NCBI GenBank assembly: GCA_049969675.1
Contig: JBMFOP010000071.1
Span: 1-15,776 of the forward strand
Direction: 5' to 3'
From: Myxococcota bacterium
GTDB lineage: Bacteria; Myxococcota; SpSt-1050
Length of the DNA: 15,776 nt
The notes under the pieces were generated by a model. That model saw nothing but the letters and a program-made list of their open reading frames with translations, was not told the origin of the DNA and did not search any database. The position numbers were made by a program, and so were the translations under genes. The stretch's first letter is position 1. The number at the start of each line of letters is the position of its first letter. Below are positions 1 through 7,925 of the stretch, one piece after another.

Positions 1-367
1 TTAAATTGAGCGATTATTTGTATTGAGATGGATTAGTAGTCTCTATATAATCAATTTTGTGTCTGAAAATCTCTCTGGATATGTTAAAACCCTTCATATT
101 TATCTCTCATCAGTTGCTTATTATTGGGTCAGTGCCCGTAATATATTTTTTCAAATCTTTTCAAAAGGTTAACTCAACAGGTCTTTTCATCCAAAAAATA
201 GATTAGATTTGGTTTAATTTTTGATTGAGCTGTTAAAAAACACTCACAGCCGCACATAACTCCTCAACCTGCAATTATTCTGCTTAAAATATTCTACTAT
301 TATGGAGAAATTATTTTTAGACAAATTAAAGTTTATGCATATATTATCTGTATGATAGGGATATTTT

Positions 368-2536
368 ATGAATGAAAATAATAAAGTAGTTCGTTTTAAG
401 ATATCTGGTATGCACTGTGTAATGTGTGCGAGGTCTATTGAACTCTCCCTGAAGAATATGAAAGGCATCAAAGAGATACATGTAAATTATGCTACTTCTG
501 ATGCAACTCTTAAGACAGAAGGGGAGATAGATGAAGAGGAGATTATAAATAAGATTGGGAGGCTTGGATATAAGGCTAATAGAGTGGATGAGAAAGTGGA
601 GAGAAAAAATAATATCAGTGTTGTAAGGTTTTTTACTGGCTTTACATTCAGTGCATTTCTGATGGTCATAATGCACCTCACAAAAGAGAATATCTTTCTG
701 TCAAAATTTGGGCTTTTATATTCAATCATTGCCCTCTCAATTGCAATATTTATCTCTTATCCAATCTTTATATCTGCATTTTATAATATTAAAATTCTAA
801 ATCTCTCAATGGATGTAATGTATGGACTTGGTATCTCTATATCACTTCTTGCATCTATTCTTGGCCTGTTCAGAGTGCTGCCAGAAGAATTCATTATATT
901 TGATACAGCTATTATGCTTGGCTCATTTCTTATGCTCGGGAGATTTCTTGAAGAGCGAGCAAGGGCAAAGGCGAATATATCCATTGAAAGGTTGTTGAGG
1001 CTCAGACCGAAGAAGGCTTTAAGGTTGGAGATGAATGGGAATCTGGAAGATTTTAGAGAGATAAGAATTGCAGATGTTAAAGTTGGTGACATTCTACTGG
1101 TTAAGGCATCTGAGCAGATACCAGCGGATGGAGTGATTGTATCAGGTTCTGCTTATATTGATACATCAATTGTAACTGGAGAGAAGATGCCTCGTTTTGT
1201 AAGTGTAAATGATAAGGTAATAGCAGGCACTATAAATCTGGATGGATTATTAAAGGTGAGGGTATCGTCTACCGGCGAAGATACATTACTTGCAGGAATT
1301 ATAAGGGCGGCAGTAGATGCGGCATCAAGGAGGACCCGCTTTGAAAGAATCGCAGATAGGGCGATCAGGTACTTCCTCCCCTCAGTGCTCTCACTCGCAA
1401 TTCTTGCTTCTCTTTACTGGTATTTTATAGAAGATGTAGAATTTTCAGTCGCCATTTCAATCTTCATCTCCACCATAGTGGTCGCCTGTCCCTGTGCATT
1501 AGGTCTTGCAACCCCTGCTGCTATATCTGCGGGGCTCTCAAAGGCTGCAGTGCTCGGAATACTTATCAAGGACCCGGAGGTGCTTGAGAAGATTAATATG
1601 ATAAAGACAGTAGTGCTGGATAAGACCGGGACGCTCACTGATGGAGATATTTCTATAAAGAAAATATATCATAAATCTGAAATTTTAGACGAAGAATTTA
1701 TGAAATTGCTCTTCTCTATCTCTAAAATACAGACTCATCCACTTGCAGTGGCAATCTCAAAAGAGTTAAGAAGAAGGGGTATCAACCATTATGAGGTAAC
1801 TGAGTTTAAGGTCTTTGCAGGGAAGGGTGCAACAGCGAAGATAAACAAAGAGGAATATTTTATGGGGAGTCTCAATTTCCTGAGAGAGAATGATATCTCT
1901 GCTGATGAATTTGGAGAGGATAGAGAGACTGTAATTTACCTTGCTTCAAAGAGAGGGGTTATTGGATTTGTGCAGTTTGATGAGAGATTGAGAGAGGATT
2001 CTAAGGAATTGATTGGCAGTCTGAAGAAGAGGGGTCTTGAGACAATTATTATGTCTGGAGATAGATTGGAGGCAGTCAAAAGGCTTTCAGAATCAATAGG
2101 GGTTGATTCATACTTGGCTGAACTCACACCCGAAGCCAAGGCAAATAAGATACAGGATATGAAGAAGAAAGGGCGATTGATATTATATGTCGGGGATGGA
2201 ATCAATGATACGCCAGCCCTCTTAAACTCTGATATCGGTGTTGTGCTGGGAAATGGGACCGATGTGGCTATAGATGCCGGAGATGTTGTGATATTAAAAA
2301 ATGATATAAGGCTTATTGATACATTTATAGAGATTTCACAGAGGATACTCAGAAGGATTAAACTAAATCTCTTCTGGGCTATTCTTTACAATATTATTCT
2401 TCTCCCATTCGCAATGGGGCTTTCATATAAGTTGTGGGGGTTGATGATGAAACCAGAGCTCTCCGCCCTTGCGATGGTTTTATCTTCGTTCTCTGTTATG
2501 TTAATCTCGCTCAGTATAAGGTTATATAAGGGGTAA
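368..2536 (+). CDS. copA: Heavy-metal translocating P1B-type ATPase, Cu(I)/Ag(I) subclass (P1B-1)
   Basis: N-terminal HMA motif GMHCVMC; actuator TGE; membrane CPCALGLATP; phosphorylation site DKTGT; HP motif; GDGIND hinge; YN and MxxSS Cu(I)-type membrane signatures. Confidence 0.92.
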   Translation: MNENNKVVRFKISGMHCVMCARSIELSLKNMKGIKEIHVNYATSDATLKTEGEIDEEEIINKIGRLGYKANRVDEKVERKNNISVVRFFTGFTFSAFLMVIMHLTKENIFLSKFGLLYSIIALSIAIFISYPIFISAFYNIKILNLSMDVMYGLGISISLLASILGLFRVLPEEFIIFDTAIMLGSFLMLGRFLEERARAKANISIERLLRLRPKKALRLEMNGNLEDFREIRIADVKVGDILLVKASEQIPADGVIVSGSAYIDTSIVTGEKMPRFVSVNDKVIAGTINLDGLLKVRVSSTGEDTLLAGIIRAAVDAASRRTRFERIADRAIRYFLPSVLSLAILASLYWYFIEDVEFSVAISIFISTIVVACPCALGLATPAAISAGLSKAAVLGILIKDPEVLEKINMIKTVVLDKTGTLTDGDISIKKIYHKSEILDEEFMKLLFSISKIQTHPLAVAISKELRRRGINHYEVTEFKVFAGKGATAKINKEEYFMGSLNFLRENDISADEFGEDRETVIYLASKRGVIGFVQFDERLREDSKELIGSLKKRGLETIIMSGDRLEAVKRLSESIGVDSYLAELTPEAKANKIQDMKKKGRLILYVGDGINDTPALLNSDIGVVLGNGTDVAIDAGDVVILKNDIRLIDTFIEISQRILRRIKLNLFWAILYNIILLPFAMGLSYKLWGLMMKPELSALAMVLSSFSVMLISLSIRLYKG

Positions 2537-2621
2537 TGTCTGAGTTTCTTTAAAAACGATATGAACTACTTTCTTGCAATTCTGTCTGATCTGGGTTTAA
2601 ATCTTCTATGTGAGGTGCAAA

Positions 2622-5312
2622 ATGGATTCAGAGAAGAAGAGAGAAAAACTTGTTATCATTGATGGGCAGTCATACATTTACAGGGCTTTTTATGCGATAA
2701 GGAGGCTCTCCAATTCAAAGGGACTTCCAACCAATGCTATATATGGATTCGTTCAGATGATGCAGAAGGTAATAAAAGATTTAAAGCCAGAATATGTATG
2801 CATTGTATTTGATTCTCAGGAGAAGACGCTGAGACATGAGATTTATAGTGAATATAAAGCAAATAGGCCGCCGATGCCAGATGACCTCTCAGTTCAGATA
2901 CCTTATATACATAAGATTGTTGAGGCCTATAGAATTACAAAATTAATGGTACCGGGTTATGAGGCAGACGATATAATCGCTACACTTACGAAGAGAGGAA
3001 AAGAGACCAACAAAGATGTAATTATTATTACCGGTGATAAGGATTTGATGCAACTTGTAGATGATGATGTCAAGGTGTTTGATACTATGAAGGATAAGTT
3101 ATACTCACCAGAGGATGTGAAAGCCAGATATGGAGTGGAGCCAGAGTATATCAGGGACCTGCTTGCACTCTCAGGTGATAGTTCTGACAATATCCCCGGT
3201 GCAAAGGGTGTAGGTGAGAAGACGGCATTAAATCTGATTAAACAATTCGGACATATTGAGAATTTGCTTAAGAAGATTGATGAGATTGAGACAGAGAGTC
3301 TTAGAAATAAGATTAAAAATTCGGAGGCAGATATATTACTCTCTTATAGGCTGGTTACCTTAAAAGATGACCTTGAGCTTGGGGTAGATATTGAGGGGCT
3401 TAGATATAGAGGTGAGGATAGAACTGAACTCAATAAACTATTTTCAGAATTTGAGTTCAGAACCTTAATTGAGAAGGCCGATGATTCAGAAGTTGCAACA
3501 AAGATTGACGAACTCAGGAAGAAGGATTATAGGACTGTTTTGAGTGAGGAGGATCTTAAAAAAGTTTTAAGTGAGATAGATTCTACAGATTTTCTTGCCA
3601 TTGACACAGAGACAGATAGTGTAAATCCACTAATGGCGAAGATTGTGGGGATATCTATATGTATTGAGGAGGGTGTGGCATATTATATTCCGATCGGACA
3701 TAGATATCTCGGTGCCCCCAAACAGCTTGATGCAAATTTTGTCAGAGACCGCCTTGCACCACTGCTAAAGAGAAAGAGGCTCTTGGGACAGAATATTAAA
3801 TATGATTTGCTGGTCTTATGGTCCAATGGATATGGGAGGCTTGATGCAGCGGACGATACGATGATATCAGCCTATCTTCTGGACCCCGAGGCGGAATCCC
3901 ATTCACTCAAGACTATTGCAAAGAGGTATCTCAACTATCAGATGTTTACCTATCAGGAGGTGATAGGTAGTAAGGCGAAGAAGGGGCTTAACTTCTCAGA
4001 TGTAGATGTGAATACAGCAACTCTATATAGTGGAGAGGATGCAGACATTACAATGCGACTCAATAAAGTGCTCAAAGATGAATTAAAAAAGTCTGGACTT
4101 TTAGGGCTCTATCAGGATGTGGAGATGCCACTCTTAAATATTTTAGCAGAGATGGAATATGTAGGGGTAAAGATAAACCTCAAAAAACTAAGAGGGCTAT
4201 CAGAATTTCTGAGGCAGAAGATTCAGGAAGAGGAGGAGATGATATACAAACTTGCAGGTGAGAGATTTAATATAAATTCAACAAAGGCGTTGTCTAATGT
4301 ACTATTTGAGAAATTAGGGCTCCCTGCAATGAGACAAACACGGACGGGTTTATCTACTGACTCCTCTGTTCTTGAGGAACTCTCAGATAAACATGAAATT
4401 GTCAGACATATCATTGAATATAGAACTCTCAGTAAACTCAAGAGTACTTATGCTGACTCACTAACTGAACTTGTGGATAAGACTGGTTCAAGGGTACATA
4501 CAAGTTTTAATCAGACAATGACTGCTACAGGGAGACTCTCCTCTTCAGAACCCAATCTGCAGAATATCCCGATAAGGACAGAGGTTGGCAGGAAGGTCAG
4601 GGAGGCATTTGAGGCTGAGGAGGGATATCTGTTGCTATCGGCCGATTATTCTCAGATAGAGCTTAGAGTATTTGCACATATGAGTAAGGATCCAACTTTG
4701 ATTAAGGCATTTATAAATGGTGAGGATATTCATACAAGGACCGCCTGTGAGATATTTGGGAAGAGACCAAATGAGGTTGATTCAGAGATGCGCAGGCTTG
4801 CCAAGACTATAAATTTTGGAATCATTTATGGAATGGGGGCATTTAAGCTTGCAAAGACACTGGGGATCAGCCGCACTCAGGCACAGGATTATATCAATAG
4901 GTATTTTGAAAGAATCTCTGGTGTAAAGTCGTATATAAACAGGACTATTGAAGAGGCGCGTAGAAATCAGTATGTAAAGACGATACTCGGAAGAGTAAGA
5001 TATCTTAAAAATATCAACTCCAGAGCCCCATCCGTCAGGCAGCAGGAGGAGAGGATAGCGGTTAATACCCCCATTCAGGGGAGCGCCGCTGATATTATTA
5101 AGCTTGCGATGATAAATATACATAAAAAGATTGTTTCAAAGGATACAAAGATGATCCTGCAGGTGCACGATGAACTGCTCTTTGAGGTACCTGAAAAGGA
5201 GATAGAAGAGGTCTCACAACTTATCAAGAGTGAGATGGAGAATGTAATCAGGCTGGATGTTCCGCTGGTTGCCGATATAGCAGTAGGTAAGAATTGGGCA
5301 GAGGCAAAATGA
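2622..5312 (+). CDS. polA: DNA polymerase I (5' nuclease, 3'-5' exonuclease and family A polymerase domains)
   Basis: 5' nuclease motifs IIDG, YRAFYA, YEADD, TGDKD, GDSSDNIPG; ExoI DTET, ExoII NIKYD, ExoIII YSGED; polymerase motifs DYSQIELR, AKTINFGIIYG, VHDE. Start moved from GTG 2610 to ATG 2622 because GAGGTG (2612-2617) lies just upstream. Confidence 0.97.
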   Translation: MDSEKKREKLVIIDGQSYIYRAFYAIRRLSNSKGLPTNAIYGFVQMMQKVIKDLKPEYVCIVFDSQEKTLRHEIYSEYKANRPPMPDDLSVQIPYIHKIVEAYRITKLMVPGYEADDIIATLTKRGKETNKDVIIITGDKDLMQLVDDDVKVFDTMKDKLYSPEDVKARYGVEPEYIRDLLALSGDSSDNIPGAKGVGEKTALNLIKQFGHIENLLKKIDEIETESLRNKIKNSEADILLSYRLVTLKDDLELGVDIEGLRYRGEDRTELNKLFSEFEFRTLIEKADDSEVATKIDELRKKDYRTVLSEEDLKKVLSEIDSTDFLAIDTETDSVNPLMAKIVGISICIEEGVAYYIPIGHRYLGAPKQLDANFVRDRLAPLLKRKRLLGQNIKYDLLVLWSNGYGRLDAADDTMISAYLLDPEAESHSLKTIAKRYLNYQMFTYQEVIGSKAKKGLNFSDVDVNTATLYSGEDADITMRLNKVLKDELKKSGLLGLYQDVEMPLLNILAEMEYVGVKINLKKLRGLSEFLRQKIQEEEEMIYKLAGERFNINSTKALSNVLFEKLGLPAMRQTRTGLSTDSSVLEELSDKHEIVRHIIEYRTLSKLKSTYADSLTELVDKTGSRVHTSFNQTMTATGRLSSSEPNLQNIPIRTEVGRKVREAFEAEEGYLLLSADYSQIELRVFAHMSKDPTLIKAFINGEDIHTRTACEIFGKRPNEVDSEMRRLAKTINFGIIYGMGAFKLAKTLGISRTQAQDYINRYFERISGVKSYINRTIEEARRNQYVKTILGRVRYLKNINSRAPSVRQQEERIAVNTPIQGSAADIIKLAMINIHKKIVSKDTKMILQVHDELLFEVPEKEIEEVSQLIKSEMENVIRLDVPLVADIAVGKNWAEAK

Positions 5313-5313
5313 T

Positions 5314-7290
5314 TTAAACCCTCATCTCTTCATCTCTCGGCAATACCCTCAATACCTCTCCAGGTGCAGTCAGACCATTTGCAAGTAAGAAGTTGCAGTA
5401 TTTGCCGAGGGAGATATAAGAACCCTTTTCAGCCTCCCTCTTAATTTCAGCAGGTGGTGCCTTTTTGAGTATGAGATGCTTTGTCGCCTCATTGAAAATC
5501 ATAAGTTCAATGGCACTCATTCGTCCCTTAAAACCAGTATTATTGCAGGTTGGACAGCCACGCGGTTGTAGTAGTTTTATTGGAGATTTTGGGTCATATG
5601 CACCTGCGAGTGTCAGACTCCTGATTACTGCCTCCGGGTAGTCAAAAGGCTTTGCACAGTTTGGACAGAGCCTTCTTAAAAGTCTCTGATTGATTATGCC
5701 GAGCAATGCACTTGATGCAAGATATGGGTCAATCCCGAGTTCAAATAATCTAACGAGGGCTGAGAGTGAGTTGTTGGCGTGAAATGAAGAGATGACCAGC
5801 TTACCTGTGAGACCGGCCTCAAATGCCATCTTGGCTGTTTCAGAATCTCTTATCTCTCCTACAAGTATTACATCGGGGTCCTGTCTCAATATAGTTCTGA
5901 GCACTGTTGAGAATCCAAGCCCGATCGCCTCATTTATCTGCACCTGTGTTATACCCGGGATGGAGTATTCTATTGGGTCCTCAACTGTTACAATGTTTAG
6001 CTCCTTTGACTTTCTCTCATTGAGCATTGAATACATTGTGGTTGTCTTACCCGAGCCGGTTGGCCCCGATATCAGGATTACACCATGTGGCTGAAAGAGG
6101 GCTCTTCTGATTACCTGATAGATTTTATCTGCAATAATAACCCTTGAGAGTTCTATTAGTGCGGTGGAGGCATCAAGGATCCTCAAAACGACCTTCTCGC
6201 CATTCTTTGACAGGAGTGTGCTGACTCTGAGGTCAATATCTCTTCCATCTATGGTTATAGAGAATCTCCCATCCTGTGGCAGTCTCTTCTCGGCAATATC
6301 AAGTTTGGATAAGACCTTTATTCTGCTGACGATACTCTTATATACATTTCGTGGTAATATATTTCCTGACCTCTTCCTCAATCTCCCTTCAACCCTGTAT
6401 CTAATCACTGTCTCTTCATACTCTGGCTCTATGTGGATATCACTTGCCTCAAGTTCGATTGCCTCTGCAAGGATGCTGTCCAGCAGTCTCTTCGTCTCTT
6501 CCCCTGAAATGGCTATACCTGCCCTGTCATCCTTTTCATCTTCAGACCAGTACTGGATTGTATGTGGCTTCTTGATTTGTGGAGTAGATGTTACAGGTTT
6601 TGTAAGGAGCTGCTTTGCCTTTTCCATAAACTTATTGAAATCTGCCTCACTTATCTGCAAAGGTCTGAGTCTTACACCTCTAAAAATTCTCTTTACCGCA
6701 TCGTATCCGAGTGGATTCTTGATATTTACCGAGCCAACAGTTAAAGTCCCATCCTCAAGTGAAAGAGGAATAATCTTATATTGATTTATCAGAGTCTCCG
6801 AGAGCGTATTGAATAGGTCTGCATTAAACTGGAACCTGCTCATATCCGCTGTCTGGGTGGTGGGTTGATTGCGGCTCATCTCTGCAACACGTCTGGCAAG
6901 AATCTTTCCGAGTTCAACCGCCATCTGTGCACTGCCATTTAAGAGGGTGAAAAATACCTTTGAAGGGAGTTGATATAATACCACATCCTCCAATGTCCTG
7001 ATTGTAGCCGACCTTGGCTCACCGGTCAAAAGTCCCATCTCTCCAAAGCACTCATTTATTCCGAGCCTTGCTACCTGAAATTCAATACCAAGCTCTGGAT
7101 CCGAGATAAATGCACCAACAGAACCAGCGGCTATAAGATAGAGCCCATCTGATGGGTCTCCCTCCTTAAAGATGACTTTCTCCTTTGGGAATTCCAGTTT
7201 AATCAGGTGTTTTGCTATCTGCTCTTTATAATGAGTGGGGAAGAAGTGTAGGAGTTGAGTCCTGTCCAGAAAGGTGGTTAAATCTTCCAT
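5314..7290 (-). CDS. GspE/PilB-family secretion ATPase with N-terminal cNMP-binding domain and T2SSE_N/MshEN C-subdomain
   Basis: aa ~13-138 cNMP domain (VIFKEGD, LYLIAAG, FGEMGLLTGEPRSAT); aa ~148-228 T2SSE_N-like (YKIIPL, TLTVG); ASDIHIEP, LDIAEKRLPQDGR, Walker A GPTGSGKTT, TVEDPIEY, Walker B LRQDPDVILVGEIRD, Zn motif CPNC/CPTC; RBS GGAGG at 7295-7299 (-). Confidence 0.93.
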   Translation of the reverse strand: MEDLTTFLDRTQLLHFFPTHYKEQIAKHLIKLEFPKEKVIFKEGDPSDGLYLIAAGSVGAFISDPELGIEFQVARLGINECFGEMGLLTGEPRSATIRTLEDVVLYQLPSKVFFTLLNGSAQMAVELGKILARRVAEMSRNQPTTQTADMSRFQFNADLFNTLSETLINQYKIIPLSLEDGTLTVGSVNIKNPLGYDAVKRIFRGVRLRPLQISEADFNKFMEKAKQLLTKPVTSTPQIKKPHTIQYWSEDEKDDRAGIAISGEETKRLLDSILAEAIELEASDIHIEPEYEETVIRYRVEGRLRKRSGNILPRNVYKSIVSRIKVLSKLDIAEKRLPQDGRFSITIDGRDIDLRVSTLLSKNGEKVVLRILDASTALIELSRVIIADKIYQVIRRALFQPHGVILISGPTGSGKTTTMYSMLNERKSKELNIVTVEDPIEYSIPGITQVQINEAIGLGFSTVLRTILRQDPDVILVGEIRDSETAKMAFEAGLTGKLVISSFHANNSLSALVRLFELGIDPYLASSALLGIINQRLLRRLCPNCAKPFDYPEAVIRSLTLAGAYDPKSPIKLLQPRGCPTCNNTGFKGRMSAIELMIFNEATKHLILKKAPPAEIKREAEKGSYISLGKYCNFLLANGLTAPGEVLRVLPRDEEMRV

Positions 7291-7319
7291 AATTCCTCCA
7301 TAGATCTGTGAAGTAATTT

Positions 7320-7348
7320 ACTATATGTTTATTTCAAAAATGAGTCAA
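7320..7348 (-). promoter_or_regulatory. Sigma70-type promoter of the cNMP-GspE gene
   Basis: Minus strand reads TTGACT (7348-7343), 17-nt spacer, TATAGT (7325-7320), 30 nt before the ATG, with GGAGG in between. Confidence 0.7.
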
Positions 7349-7419
7349 CACAATTTTTGATTTTCAGTGATTTTTAATGGTAAGAAGATTAGATTATTTA
7401 ATCGTAACTTCTACGCAAA

Positions 7420-7533
7420 ATGGGCAGAAGACTTTTCAAAGATTTGGTCTCGGCTATGCCGAATTGGGGTAATCTATTGTGCATAGTCCATACTCCACAG
7501 GACATAGACCATAATCTATAGTTTATTGTCCAT
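7420..7533 (+). ncRNA. Candidate structured RNA (long imperfect hairpin), family unknown
   Basis: Nested helices: 7420-7433/7520-7533 (13 of 14 paired, 3 G-U), 7440-7450/7506-7517 (11 bp, 1 bulge), 7465-7471/7491-7497 (7 bp, 1 G-U), 7474-7477/7483-7486. The wobble pairs form only in a + strand transcript. Confidence 0.4.
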
Positions 7534-7839
7534 AAATTGTTGATGTAATATTGATGTTGTGTTTTTTATAGGTATTTTTCATCGGTTAATGTCTGAGGAT
7601 ATTTTTGGTGATGAGTAAGAGGAAATTTTTATTTCGTTAACAACCACTCTGATTCTGACGATGGGGTTCATAATTTTTCTTATAAGAAAGATGAGAGGGA
7701 AGAGAGATTGATGATGATAAGGAAGAGATAGAAATCAGGAAAGGCATTATGAAACGATAACAACAGTGGACTTGGAATTTAAGTAAAAATATTTTATTAC
7801 CTAAATTTTGCACTGGTAGTTATAAAAAATTTTGTGGCA

Positions 7840-7868
7840 TTGGTAGTTTTAATGAATTCATTTATAAT
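7840..7868 (+). promoter_or_regulatory. Putative sigma70 promoter for the PhnD-like gene
   Basis: TTGGTA (7840-7845), 17-nt spacer, TATAAT (7863-7868). AT-rich context lowers certainty. Confidence 0.45.
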
Positions 7869-7925
7869 TTTAGTTGAACTTTGTGCTGGATAAATATATA
7901 AACATCTCTATGAGAGGTGATGAAT

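Noticed and set aside
318..367. CueR/CsoR/CopY operator upstream of copA
   Set aside because: Only weak AT-rich symmetry (TATC...GATA); no convincing box or unique promoter.
244..2205. Short minus-strand ORFs opposite copA, and similar ones opposite polA and the later genes
   Set aside because: Antisense shadows of well-supported genes, with no recognisable motifs.
2574..2602. polA promoter TTGCAA-N17-TTAAAT
   Set aside because: The -10 box lacks the conserved TA start; too weak to call.
6164..6784. 206-aa plus-strand ORF inside the ATPase gene
   Set aside because: Ser/Leu/Phe-rich antisense mirror frame with no domain signal.
6890..6915. ELGKILARR as an MshEN c-di-GMP motif
   Set aside because: The Arg and downstream Gly are missing and there is no second copy; it fits the C-helix of the cNMP domain better.
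7403..7545. The long hairpin as an integron attC site or as 6S RNA
   Set aside because: The flanking AAC/GTT do not fit RYYYAAC/GTTRRRY, the spacers are 11 and 5 nt, and there is no cassette ORF or integrase. It lacks the large central bubble of 6S RNA.
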